Source: Podarcis bocagei
Lineage: Eukaryota
Direction: 5' to 3' (one strand)
NCBI GenBank assembly: GCA_964188305.1
Contig: OZ076893.1
DNA: 64,000 nucleotides
The translations under genes were made by a program, and so were the position numbers. The notes beneath the pieces are model-generated. The model did no database searches. It was not told where the DNA came from and worked only from the letters and a program-made list of their open reading frames with translations. Every line of letters begins with the position of its first letter. The first letter of the stretch is position 1. Positions 50,836-64,000 of the stretch are shown here, piece after piece.

Positions 50836-52181
50836 ATCTATATAACTGAATAACATCAGATTCCCAGAAAGATTTTCTGACTCCAGTTCATCTAGAGTTC
50901 ATCTTCCATCAACTCAAGTCCTTGTTGCCCTTGTGTCTGTTTTTCATGGCAAATAACAACCCAGGCCGGATTTTTTGGCAGGAAACCACTACAGCCCCCC
51001 CCCCCCAAATTCAAACTGGGACCATGATCTGGATCAGGGTCCTGAACACCTGTTTTTCTTTCAAAGCAAAAGGAAGAGGTCAGCTTAAGCAAACTTTAAA
51101 AATAAGTTTAATGCAATGCATACTTTTGACCCTTCGATCTTTTTGAATAGGAACTATTTGCTCTTTGAGTTTAGCTCAGACCTCAGCTTATATCTGTGTC
51201 TTAAGGGATCCAAGATGGAATTTCAGAGAGATCATCTTCATTACGCCTGCTCGCATCTTCCTTTTCAGTATGTTGTGATCTCATCACCATAGTGTAGTCC
51301 TTGGAGGACGTGCCTGGGGTTTGTAGACAGTGTTGGAAAGTATCCTTTCAGAGTCTTTTTTTTGGGGAGTCATTGCTAGTTGTCTCAGAAATGCAGTTTG
51401 AGGTCATCCCTTGGATAATAGATGCATCTAGATTACTGGATAAGGTGGAAAGAGCAGAATTCTTAAGGCACTATTCCATAACAGTTGACAGAATCATTGT
51501 GCATTTTGGACATACAAAAATTATTTCTGACAGCCGCTGGCATGATACATTGCACAATGTTAATACATTAGCTTCTCCAGCAAGCTCTTTCCACGGCTGT
51601 ATGTAGCAGGATGCGATGGAAGGATGGCTGGGCTGGTGGGGGTGGGGCAGGGAGAAGAAATCTGAATGGACATGTTGATGAACAGTAATAATTCTTGGAT
51701 GCAAAGATCCTAGTTTGGAGCAAGTACCCTTTGGTGAAAGAACCCTGGCAAAGATTTAACATGGCAAAACAGGTAGAGAAGTAAATTGTGGAAATATAGG
51801 CTGTAAAAACTTTAAAAATGTGCCCCTCCAGAATGTCACCTTTAAAAGCTCCTTCCAGAGTTCCTCACTTTCCCTAGCACATGGTTAAAGCCATGTGGCT
51901 GAGCTGGAGTAACCAGCTCAGACTTCCTCACATACCAAATCCACAGGTAGACCAACAGAAACACTTGATTGCCCATTTCCTCCCAAGGTGAAGGGAAGTG
52001 ACATAGCTAAGCCTGGCAGGACAGCTTATTTATTGTTTTAAGTAATCAATTAGACTTAAGCATGTTGGTTATATGAGGCTGGTTATCCCACAGGACCAAC
52101 ATTAGGCAATGTTTCTGTATACTTTCAGTGAAAGCATGTACACCCATTTACTGTACTTCCCTTAATACTTTGAAATAAGTA

Positions 52182-52412
52182 CAGTGGTACCTTGGCTTTT
52201 GAACGTCTCGGAAGTCGAATGTTTTGGTTTTCGAATGCCAAAAACCCAGAAGTAACTGCTTTGGTTTTCGAACGCTTTTTGGAAGTTGAACGTGCCACAT
52301 GGCTTCTGTATTGAGTTATCTGGAAGTAAATGCTTCCAGAAGTAAATGCTTCAGTTTTTGAACGTTCAGAAGTCAAAAGGTCTTCTGGAACGGATTACAT
52401 TCGAAAACCGAG
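52182..52412. mobile_element. Tc1/mariner MITE of a related family (TTCGAA repeats), right TIR truncated
   Basis: TA plus cagtggtaccttgg; ends cgaaaaccgag without gtaccactg. Confidence 0.8.
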
Positions 52413-54275
52413 ATATTTTGGAGAACTCAGAATAAACATTTCCCTTATTTCCCTGCTCCAATGATTTTTTTATTAATGGGCATACTTTAGAAAATAAAAT
52501 ATGCACCTTGCTAGCATTCTAAATATAAAATTTAGAATTCTAAATATAAAATTCGACAATTCTAAATAAAAAAATTATAATACACAAATTATACTATTAA
52601 ATCACAATTACCATCTCAGTTTCAGATCAATATTTTCTAGTTTGCATTGGCTTGACTAAACTTTTCTCCCTCTCCTATTTATTTTATTTTATTTTACATT
52701 TTATTTTATTATACACAGTGTTGTGTGGCCATGTAGGTCATTTGCCCCCAGCTGATTCTGAAAGAGCCAACTTCTTATGTTTTGTAAACTATTTTGTGTC
52801 TTAGAACCATAGCCAAATATTTTGACAAGGAGACATAGACATGGCGGCATGTCTTAACAATAGCTATCACCTTAAGGTAATATTTTTGTATATTATCTTT
52901 CTGTTCTCCAAAAATGAAGGAAGAGTTGGCTGTGCTTTTAGAAAAAAAGTCAAGATTCAACTTTTTTTTCTTTTTTAAAGGAAGATGAGAATGTGTTACT
53001 AATTGTCTCTGGTGTTTATATTTCCAAGCAAAGACTCTCAGCCAATAAGTAACATTTCCAAATTGATTATGAGGCATGTTTGGAGGTGTATTTTCTTTAA
53101 TGATTTCTTAAGTGAAAGCTTGGCCTGCCTGTGCCTATGTTTTGAGTAAGGATCAGCAACTGCCCTTTTTTGGATAAAAACTGAATCCAGCCCTGAGGAG
53201 GTGTAGATGAATAAAGGGACTGATATGAGACAGCTAAATCATGCATTGGCAGAAGCTTATTCCAAAACCTTTGTGTCAAATCCAAAAGCTTTGGGAAGAG
53301 CACTCTACACATTGGTTTAAACTCTGGTTGTTGTTGTTTTAAAAAATGCCCTTATCTATTCATTCCTGAAACCCCTGGATTTACCATTATAACTAAGAGC
53401 AAAATATGGCTTCTTTTGTCTGGTTACATAGGGAATGATTTTTATTGGAGGAATTAAAGTGAATGAAAATTGAAGCTATACTAAACGGATAATTGTTCTA
53501 AGCCAACAGCTGTGTACACATTACCATTTACTCTGGTTCCTGTGCATTCCCACCAGTGGCATAGGTTGCCAGCACCTGGGGCAAGGTGCAAAAGGGGGAA
53601 GTGGCATCACCAGGGGGAAGGGGGCTAACACATTGCTGTGGGTGCGCTTCCCCATTTTTAGTGCAACTTCTGAGATGCGGGCTCTCCCAGGAGGTGCTGG
53701 ACACAGACTCCTTGGTGCCATGACTCACCCTGCACCAGCCACTTCAGCTCTCTGTAGAGCACCCACAGGAAGTTCCGCTGGCCCAGGCCAGGAGCTGGCA
53801 TGTTGCCAGCCAAGGCTTGGTACAGCTTCCTCTTCATCCGTGCCAGGCCCCCACCCATGTATTTTTAGAGCAGATGTCAAAACTCAAGAGCTGGTCTGTG
53901 TTCCTCTTAGACAGCATTTTATTTATTTCCTCAGAAAGCCTTGAGTGATACAATTCCCCTTAAATACCCCTGGGAATGGTACTACATCCAGGCATTCTGG
54001 GGAAATGAATATAGTGGCTGTGAGCCTGGAAGTGAGTGCAGAATGGAGTCTCTGGGTTTCCTTTGGGCACATGGCTACCATATTTATTTTCCCAGAATGC
54101 CCATTGGAAAGCTGCTATTGTTAAAGCAATTTAACATTCAGTAGCCATAACCATTCTGGAGGGAATGATGCTTGGAGAAGGGCCTTCAAAGAAGATCTCA
54201 AAAAACACAAGTAGATAGACTGGTCCTTCAAGTACCCTGTTCCCAAGCCATGAATGACCTTAAAGGTAAAAGCCA

Positions 54276-54535
54276 CCACTTTTCCTTAGGATATCCCTAT
54301 TTTCACTGGAGAAATGTTGGAGGGTATGGAGTTATCCGACAACTGAGCTGTCTGAATGCAACCCTATATAGGGAAGGGTTTTTAAAATGTTGAATGTTTT
54401 ATTATGTTTTTATATATGTTGGAAGCTTCCCAGAGTGGCTGGGGCAAACCAGTAAGATGTGTGGGGTATAAATAGTAAAATTATCATTATGGAATGGGAC
54501 GTCCCTATTTTCATCAGAGAAATATTGCAGGGTAT
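54276..54535 (+). mobile_element. Chimeric hAT (Blackjack-like) MITE with captured L2 tail, copy C (left end missing)
   Basis: Same junctions as the 42599 copy; duplicated gtccctattttca...gagaaat.ttg.agggtat. Confidence 0.75.
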
Positions 54536-56991
54536 TCCATTGCCTAATCTGAACATTTACTGGTTTGAGTATTTAGTCCTAATATGAATAGAACAATGCA
54601 AAATAAGGATATTGAAATACCCATTTCCATAATAAAATGCTCTGCTGATAATATTTATTCATAAATCTGTTTTAAAATCATTGTGTACCTTGAACCTTCA
54701 CATCGGAGTGAATGGATTGGAAGCTACATTGCTACTTGGCCTTAAACATCTCAAGAGACTTAAACGTTAACATCTGTTTTGTATTTAGCATTTGTGGAAG
54801 TGCTTGTTCTGGTAAAATGAAACTCTTAGCTAGTTAGTGACAAAAGAAAATAAAAACCTACCTTAGAAAAAGGAGGCTAGAAAGACTGCTGGATGTATGA
54901 ATTCAAGGTTCCCAGACCACAAGAATTTTAATTGCCATAGCATATAAAGACTTCTTAGTTGAAGAGTGTGTAACAGAAGGCCTATTTAGTTATGTTTACT
55001 TTAGGCAGTGTAGCAATTAAGATTTCTGTGTACAGGAGCTATTCAGTGTAGGGTTTTTTTTTTAAAATTGACAGGGTTTTAAAGGCAGAACTACCTTCTG
55101 CTTTTCTCTAAATCAGTGGAAATGGTTTTCATAAGTATCCCACATGTCTTCCCCTTAGTGGATTAAACCAGTGTTCAATCGACACTGCCACTGCTTAGTA
55201 TTTAATTTGGTGCTTAGAAGACTAAGAGAGCAATACTAATACTAATATCTGACAATCAGCATGTGCATTTTTCTATATTAAAGCTCAGCATTATTTCTCC
55301 TCTAATACAGATAGAGTACTGTTTCAACTGTGATTATTCCCCTGCTTGGCAGTTATACATTTAAGAAAAAATAAAGACTAACACTTTATTATTATTATTT
55401 TTTTAAGTCTTCCCAGAACTGTGTGAATTGAGGAAGCCATTTTGCAAATCCCCTTAGCATCCTTCATGCATTAGTTATATGAAGGTGATCCACGAATAGA
55501 AAAGTATGGTAAGCAGACTGAACCTTCTGGACCTGCCCCTAAAGAAAGATCATCTGAGCATGAACAGCTGCTCAGATGTAGACACCCTTTGCAGATGTCC
55601 ATGCTCAGTGTACTCAGACATTAAAGCTAGGGATGCCCTGTGTGTGAAGATAGGAACACTGACAGAAGGTACAGCCCCACTTCCTCCTCTACCTGTGAAT
55701 CCCCATTATATGATTGGGTGAATGTGTAAAGGTGTAATTCTCAAACAGATTTTATTATGAAGTTTTAGTGAGCCTCTCCACTCCCTCCATCCCAAAGTAG
55801 AATGTATAGAATATGGGGGGGGGGTACATGAACTTATTTAGCTGAATTTGCCTGGGTGCACACCTCAGCTATTTGTTGTAAAAATTTCCATACTAACAAG
55901 ACAGACACTAGTGATGCTAATATTAAAATCTACTGAGGCTTGTGATTCTCTTGATGTCTTTTGAATTCCTTTTTACTACGAATGTAGCACTGTGAAATTT
56001 ATTTGTGTGTGTATGTATGTATGTGTTTAAAAGTATTTCTACTGCACAGACACAAAAAATTAATTTCATTTGTCCCATGGATTTTATTGGCACCTCAGAA
56101 GTATCCTCATAGTTTCCTACTGTGCAGTAATTGAATTTTTGAAATATGAGTTTGCCCTCTGTTGGAAAAAGTAAGATGAGATTTGCAGCCTTTCATAGTA
56201 TTATCTACTTTAAGACTTCTCTATTTTAGATGGGAACAAAAGGCACAGATGGATTGCAACCATAAATATGTGCAATATCCAAACTGTGTCTATCCCAGAT
56301 AGTACAATGTTGTTTGATTCCTGTCTTGTAGTTCTGATTTATTTGTAACCCAAGTCTTATGTAATGAAACGTGCATAACAAAATGCCTATATGCTCAGGA
56401 AAAAAAATTAATTTTCATGCTGAACATAGCACACAACTATGTATGTGAGTCTCCCCCCCCCCAAAAAAAAGCTTTCTTTGTTTTAGGAAAACAGCCATTT
56501 ATGAAATGGAATTTCCCCTATTTTTCATTTATGTTGCTTGTCTGTGCCTACAAATAAGCTTGTTTATCCCTTTAAAGGTCAGGTGGTGTGGATAACTAAC
56601 CAGGCTCAGCCAACCTTGATTTTCCTTTGCCAAAAGCTGACCCCAGCTAGCTGCTTTTGTAATCAATGTATCTGAAGTACTCAAGAAACAAGTCAAACAA
56701 ACCTACGGTCTGATTGTTATCTCAACTACATTAGTAGTTGACATCCTGGCAAAGAAGTTTGCTTGTTGGCAGGATTGTAGGCCTGCCTATTTGTAAAATA
56801 GGATATAAAAATCTGAATTTTAGGAACAGGTTGAGAATGACTTTTTCTTTTCCAACTATTAGAATGCAGTGAGTTGAAATACTAACATTTATAGAAGAGA
56901 AGGACTATAGGGGGTGTCAATTTTTAAACTGGGGAAATGTTCAGCTATTTTACTCACTGAATTTTATTTGCTGAACCAGTGTGTTGTACTA

Positions 56992-57132
56992 GGAGAGCCA
57001 GTGTGGTGTAGTTGTTAGATCCCTGGACCATGAGCTGGGAGACATGGGTTCAAATCCTGACTTGACCATTAAGTTCACTGGGTGGTCTTTGGTCAGCTGT
57101 GAAAAGGTGGGATATAAATGCAGTAAATAAAT
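56992..57132 (+). mobile_element. Older, internally deleted Squam3-type SINE
   Basis: ggagagccagtgtggtgtagt head, ggttcaaatcc B box, TAAA tail. Confidence 0.7.
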
Positions 57133-57271
57133 ACTATCAGTCCTAGCTAGAATGTCCAGTGGTCAGGGGTGATGGGAGCCCATGGCATCTGGAGGGCTGT
57201 AGTTCCCCATCCCTAGCTTAAGAAAACCTACTATGAAAAGCTTTCCCAAATCTCTAACAAAGTTTAGGCTA

Positions 57272-59393
57272 TCGGGCTGTCTGGCTCCGAAGCGCCCTCT
57301 CCGATTGCATGGAGCCCGGACAGCCCCGTGGTTTTCTTCGGAGCTGAGGGCGATGAAACAATCGCTGAGACGGCTAGAGCGTCGGTGGCAAAAAACTCAC
57401 TCCGAATCTCACCGGACACAGGTTAGAGCTCAACGTCGAGCCTACCAAGTGGCGATAGCGACGGCGAAGAAGACTTTCTTCACCGCCTCTATTGCATCTG
57501 CAGAAAATAGTAGCAGGGGACTCTTTCAGGTGGTCCGCAATTTAACGGAACCACCTTTACCACCGGGGCCTTGTAAAGACCCCAAGATCTCCTGCAACGA
57601 TTTTGCAAAGTTTTTTGCAGATAAAATCACTCATATTCGGAAGGAGCTAGACACCACCGTGGGAGCAGGGCTGGGGTGGGAGAGTGCTAGAGCCCTGTCT
57701 GGTCAAGTTGCATGGAATCAATTTCAATCCGTTACCCCCGAGGATGTGGACAGGCTGCTTGGACGAGTGAAACCAACCACCTGTCTCCTTGATCCTTGCC
57801 CATCCTGGCTTATAAAAGCTAGCCGGGAAGGGCTGGGCGATGGGCTCTGCGGGGTGGTGAATGCTTCCCTCTGTGAGGGAACATTCCCAGATCCGCTGAA
57901 AGAGGCGGTCATTAAACCGCTTCTTAAAAAACCATCTTTAGACCCGACCAGTATGGCCAACTATCGCCCAGTCTCAAATCTTCCATTCTTGGGCAAGGTG
58001 ATTGAGCGTGTGGTTGCTGAACAACTCCAGGCACGCCTGGAGGATGCGGACCATTTGGATCCCTTCCAATCAGGGTTCAGGCCTCATCATGGGACTGAAA
58101 CTGCCTTGGTCGCACTGGTTGATGATCTCCGGCGGGCTAGGGACAAAGGTGAGAGCTGTTTCCTAGTTCTGCTGGATCTCTCAGCGGCCTTTGATACAAT
58201 CGACCATAACATCCTTCTGGACCGTCTAGAGGGGTTGGGAGCTGGGGGCACTGTTATACAGTGGTTTCGCTCCTTTCTCCTGGGCCGTGTTCAGAAAGTG
58301 GTGGTGGGGGATGAGTGTTCAGACCCTTGGGCCCTCACTTGTGGGGTGCCTCAGGGTTCCGTCCTCTCCCCCATGCTTTTTAACATCTATATGAAGCCGC
58401 TGGGAGAGATCATCAGGGGGTTTGGACTGGGTGTCCATCAATATGCAGATGATACCCAGCTCTACCTTTCTTTCAAATCAGAACCAGTGAAGGCGGTGAA
58501 GGTCCTGTGTGAGTGCCTGGAGGCGGTTGGAGGATGGATGGCGGCTAATGGATTGAAGTTGAATCCTGACAAGACAGAAGTACTGTTTTGGGGGGACAGG
58601 GGGCGGGCTGGTGTGGAGGACTCCCTGGTCCTGAATAGGGTAACTGTGCCCCTGAAGGACCAGGTGCGTAGCCTGGGAGTCATTTTGGACTCACAGCTGT
58701 CCATGGAGGCACAGGTCAATTCTGTATCCAGGGCAGCTATCTACCAACTCCACCTGGTACGCAGGCTGAGACCCTACCTGCCCACTGACTGTCTGGGCAG
58801 AGTGGTGCATGCTCTAGTTATCTCCCGCTTGGACTACTGCAATGCGCTCTACGTGGGGCTACCTTTGAAGGTGACTCGGAAACTACAGCTAATCCAGAAT
58901 GCGGCAGCTAGACTGGTGACTGGGGGCGGCCGCCGAGACCACATAACACCGGTCTTGAAAGACCTACATTGGCTCCCAGTACGTTTCCGAGCACAATTCA
59001 AAGTGCTGGTGTTGTTAAAGCCCTAAACGGCTTTGGCCCAGTATACCTGAAGGAGCGTCTGCACCCCCATCATTCTGCCCGGACACTGAGGTCCAGCGCC
59101 GAGGGCCTTCTGGCGGTTCCCTCGTTGCGAGAAGCGAAGCTACAGGGAACCAGGCAGAGGGCCTTTTCAGTGGTGGCGCCCGCCCTGGGGAATGCCCTCC
59201 CATCGGATGTCAAGGTGATGGACAACTACCTGACATTCAGAAGACATCTTAAGGCGGCCCTATTCAGGGAAGCTTTTAATGTATGATATTTTAGTGTTTT
59301 TGGTTTCTGTGGAGGCCGCCCAGAGTGGCTGGGGAGACCCAGCCAGATGGGCGGGGTACAAATAATAAATTATTGTTGTTGTTGTTGTTGTTG

Positions 59394-59441
<48 letters not shown>
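57272..59441 (+). mobile_element. 5'-truncated L2-clade LINE with 3' UTR and (TTG)n(TTA)n tail
   Basis: Long RT ORF, 3'-UTR stem-loop region and microsatellite tail; endonuclease domain absent. Confidence 0.93.
57275..59286 (+). pseudogene. L2 ORF2 fragment (reverse transcriptase), one frameshift near 59012
   Basis: APWFS, NYRPVSNLPFLGKVIE, QSGFRPHHGTETAL, LLDLSAAFDTIDH, GVPQGSVLSP, QYADDTQLY, LHWLPV; C-terminus continues in another frame (KALNG...RAFSVVAP...FRRHLKAALF). Confidence 0.93.
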
Positions 59442-59442
<1 letters not shown>

Positions 59443-62309
59443 TGAGCATTCAGGAAACTAAAACAACAGCACACATTATTAAAATACATAATGGTGCCTT
59501 TAATACAAATTACTAATAAATATATACTTACATCAGTACCTCCCCCTTCTGACACACCTCCCCACCCAGGACTGACTGCCTCTCACCCACTGCCCAAACA
59601 AACTCACAGATCCCGCCCCCCGAATCTTACAACAAAGAGGAGTTCTAGAAGCTGCTGACATCACCCTTGTCTCTCACTCTAGGTTTGCTTTCATGGAGAG
59701 GCAGGCATCCTTGGGCTGCCCCCAGCACTCAAATCAGCCATACAACACACACCAATCCCAGGCTACAGCACATCTGGTTTAGTGAGTTTTCCAAGGAGTC
59801 CAAAGGATGGCACTCACAGCTCTTTCTCTGGCCTTTGTACATAATCTCTTTTCTGGCTGCTTTGCTGTCCCTACAGCAGGGGTTGCTTTTTCATATCTAT
59901 AGTATTAAAGTGATAATTAGTTGTGTTGATCCCCAAAAGGTAGGGGTACAAAACAAGCATAGCATCTATTTGTGTCTAGTACAGGTCCTCAGGATTTGAC
60001 CCTACTTCTGCACATAGCTCCCTTCGGAATGAACTTTTGATGACACAATCTGTAAAGCTGCATGCTTAGGCATAAACCAAATGAAGCTGATTTGGAATAT
60101 TCAGTACAGACCTTCTGGAAGACTACTGCTTTAAGATTTCTGTATACCAGAGCTATTCAGCATACATTTTCCTCTCTTTTAATTGGACAGAACTACCTTT
60201 TACCAGAAAAGCTCACTACACCTTATTGTCAATGAAAGAGCAGAATGTGAGTTGAAATTTTTAAGCAGCCTGCAGCTCAAGAACTCAGAAACATTAGAGC
60301 ATACACAAGCATCACATTTTTCTCCTCTGTGGGTATATGGTTCCCCCCCCTTTACTTACCTCACTTTCCCCTGGTGAATGAGGTAATCTCTACATTATAA
60401 ATTTGTAAAGGCCTTTAGGAGCCTCTGATATGCAAGATGCTTGATAAGTAGAAGGTAATAATGTTTCACTTTGGACTTTTGCCTTCCTGGATAAATGAGC
60501 TGTTTCAGAGTGTATGGTACTCCTTTTTACACAGCTCCAAGTTGCGCATAAATATTGTGATCCAGGTAAATTAATGTGGGTTTTTTCCTAGGCTAGGCTA
60601 GGCATGTGTATTTAGGTCTCTGCTATGGGGTACTCTTTATGGGGGCCATGACCTCCGATCGCGTTATAGTTCTTGTGACTTAATGTAAGTACTTTTTATA
60701 TCAAGTACCTATAATATTCCCATATAATCAATGAGACTTTAGAGTGTTTGGACATGCCTGGATCACAATAATTTTTACATTAGCACTAGTGATAGACAGT
60801 CCACAGAACCCCAAGCTCAACACGTAGTTAATTAGTTTTTCTCCACCATTCTTGGAGACACAGAATGTTGGTTGTCCAAGTCTCACCGCAATACGTGCCT
60901 TCTTTAAGGGAGGACCCGATTTCTCATTTTTCCAGTTTTAAATTCAGATCTCCACATTTTGCAGCAATTTGCTTTTTAAAAAACAAAACAAAAAAAACCT
61001 TTCAAAAATTCACCAGCGTTTTAGTGTGATTTTTTTCCTAGTAAGCATATATTTATATGCAATTTTGGCTAATGAGCATTATTGAAAGCAATTTTCTCTT
61101 ATAGTTAATGTATGTGGTGAATGTAATGCAAGCTGGACTCAAACTTCAGAAGCTGTTTCAGCTTGGCTCATATTAGAGGCAGAATTTCCAAACTGAGATA
61201 TTTTGGCACCTGATCTCCCCTAATTCTGAATCTGTTATATCACTGATTTGAATACCGCACATTTTTTTAGTATATGTCATATGAGACAAGACTGATTAAT
61301 TTATTTATGGTAATGCATTTTTGTCTGTATAAAGGTTTTAGCCAGAAAGTGGGGTCATGACTTTCATTTTTTTATGAATATTGCTTCCAGATAATTACTT
61401 CTGACATCTGCCACTCCTGTCCCTCACTGTTACAGTGAACATGTAGAATTTTTAGCATTAAAATGAGACTGTGGGCTGTGAAATAAGGCATCAACCTGCC
61501 CTCAACTGATCAGTAGTGCTGAAGCCACTTGTTAAATTGTTTAAATGTGAATCTTTTATATATTAAGAGAAACCAGGAAAAGGCCCTATCCTTGCACTGG
61601 AAATTGCTAAGATACGGACTGTGAGGGTGACTACTGAGATATTTGCAGTCTGTGAATTACCACTGGAATATGAAACAATTCACAAGCACAGAAAGCAAAG
61701 ATCTCTTTTTGCTGATCTATCTTATTTTATAAAATATAGCTACACATGTCACCAGACATTTGCTTAATTTCTCGCTTAATTGGGTAAAAAAGAATAAAAT
61801 GTATTCCACAAATTCCACAGCTGTGTCCCAGGGGTGTGCTGTCTGGCTTCTCTGGTGTTTGTCCAGGCAGCTCGGCAGAGGCAGTACATGAAACAGAAAG
61901 ATCAGGCAAGATTTGCTTTGACATGTTGCTGCTGATCCCACCCGTCTCAGAAGCACAATAGTGGATCAATCTTAGGAACACTCCCAGTAAGTCTGGTTCA
62001 GCCTCCACTCTAGTGAAATGGGTCAAGGGCAAGAAAAAAGTTTCACAGGTATAAAATGAAGAGCAAAAATGTAAAGGAAAACTGTAATTATTTTCACAAT
62101 GGACTGGTGTTGTTTATAGGAATCTGTTTGGTGACTCAGCTTATTAGGATAGGCTTTGCATAGCTTTCAAAGCACTGGTGCTCACATACTTGCCTTCTTC
62201 CTAATATGCACCTGAAGTTACCAATTATATTGCTTTTTTGTTAAACACTTCCATAAATTTGGGTAGCGCAAGTGCTAATTCTCACTAACCCCACAGAAAG
62301 ATCATTTGT

Positions 62310-62541
62310 AATAAGAATAAGAATTTATTATTTATACCCCACCCATCTGGCTGGGCTTCCCCAGCCACTCTGGGCGGCTTCCAAAAAAATATTAAAATAC
62401 TGTAAGACATCAAACATTAAAAGCTTCCCTAAACTGGGCTGCCTTCAGATGTCTTCTAAAAGTCTGGTAGTTGTTGTTCTCTTTGACATCTGGTGGGAGG
62501 GCGTTCCACAGGGAGGGCGCCACTACCGAGAAGGCCCTTTG
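62310..62541 (-). mobile_element. L2 3' fragment (same family as 57272-59441)
   Basis: Reverse complement of ~59155-59372. Confidence 0.88.
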
Positions 62542-63324
62542 TATTTGCATTGTACATAATTTTTCAGATTAAAAAACAACAAACCCAAATCCAATTCTGT
62601 CCATGCGAACAGAATCTATAATGTAGAATCTATAATAAATCTGCAAATGGAAAGCTCTTGAGATTTATTTTTAAGGGCTAGGATATGGCACCATCAGTCA
62701 GGGTCACATCAGCTGTGCTAAATCTCCCACGGCGACCATATACTTCAGATGCAGCTCTTATATTCCAAATCTTGTGACACAAAACAATCAAATGAATATG
62801 GATCTATTGTTTACCTGAATTGCTGGTACCTTTATTGACTTTTCCTATAAAAATGTGGTGATCAGTACAGTTCTGCCATCTGACTGAGGAATGTGGTACC
62901 TCTGGTCTATGAATACTAACACTGAAATTCAGGCATGCTGAGTTGCCTCCAACATGCCACCCCAACCCAGCCAGGCTGTCTCTGCCTGCCAACCCGCACC
63001 TCCTCAACGCCAGCTTCCTTACCTTCGCTGCATTGCTGGTGGAGGACGTGCCAGCACATGAAAATATTTTTAGGAGGGGGACTCCTTGAAAATATGGGGG
63101 CTGGCCCCCATGCCCCCCCCCCAATAGCCAGTGCTGGAATTAAACTTGCATAGTCCATATTCAGAACACATATTTGAATATGGGTTACTTGTACAGTACT
63201 AATGTCAATATACACCTTCAATGGTATGTACAGAAACCTTTCAGCTGAATACTTCAGGCCTATTCAAATTATTATTCCTTGAAGAAGCAATAGGGAGTTA
63301 GAGGTAATGAAGAAAGTGTATGAA

Positions 63325-63329
<5 letters not shown>

Positions 63330-63371
<42 letters not shown>
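63330..63371. repeat. (AAT)n microsatellite
   Basis: Direct reading. Confidence 0.97.
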
Positions 63372-63372
<1 letters not shown>

Positions 63373-64000
63373 CCGTTGTTTAAATGAAAACAAAACTAAT
63401 GACATGGCTGGCTAGAGAGAAAGCCCCTCTCTGCTTGTAACAAATAGTGCCATCATAACATAGCATCAAAATCAAAAGTGGAAATTGATGCACTGATTCA
63501 GATTCCTTTAATAATTTATTACTTGTCTATATATCTCTGGTGGATTCATTACAGGAATGAATATGATTCCCTTTGTTAGAAGAGGAAGCCTACGTGAACA
63601 TCATAATTTGTACATAATATTTTATTCAGAAAGTACCATAATGTGATTGTGTAATTCCAAGTCAACAGAAGAATTAGCCTGTGGTAAACAACGAGGCTAT
63701 CAGGTGAAAGCCTTTGTAAATGTATCCTTGGAGTGTATGCAGTCTCAGGGATTATGTAAGTGTTCTTTAGTATTACACTGCCAGGTAAAATGCTATACCT
63801 ACTGCTAAAGAAATCAATTTCCTAGCCACATGGTTCTGAGGTCACCATGTCTTTTGCTTCAATGATAAGTCACCAGGAATTATGGATTTCCAATGCCAGT
63901 GTTGATAGCTGCAATGTTCAAGATGGCAAAGAAATACAATACATTGTATCCATTCATAAAAGCATCCTCCAAACTGATCACAACATTAGATAATTACAAC

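Noticed and set aside
51301-51606. 101-aa ORF
   Set aside because: Non-ATG start and no recognisable motif.
57233-57272. ATG start of the 597-aa ORF
   Set aside because: The first ~13 codons are flanking DNA fused by chance to a 5'-truncated L2; no promoter evidence.

Overview
This is AT-rich vertebrate genomic DNA, almost certainly from a lacertid lizard (Podarcis-like), judged from Sauria/Squam1 and Squam3-type SINEs and squamate CR1/L2/L1 LINEs. I found no host protein-coding exon I could support; the window reads as intergenic or intronic DNA filled with transposable elements. The main element is a ~5.0 kb full-length Ty1/copia LTR retrotransposon (31934-36935) with two apparently identical 307-bp LTRs and one in-frame TAA in RT. 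Its primer site is the Hemivirus-type half-tRNA(iMet) PBS. Its LTR end carries extra blocks complementary, in order, to the rest of the tRNA(iMet) 5' half, and the leader holds a tRNA-minihelix-like hairpin. This possible multipartite priming system is the most novel-looking signal. Other elements: a 5'-truncated young L2 with a long RT ORF (57272-59441); a CR1 split by a 2-kb Tc1/mariner-type foldback MITE holding a palindromic 60-bp minisatellite (28086-30595); a solo LTR with an amplified CCAAT array; several hAT MITEs with 8-bp TSDs; a three-copy hAT/L2 chimera; and a fragmented hAT-Charlie transposase fossil. Family names come from recalled consensus motifs, not database searches.
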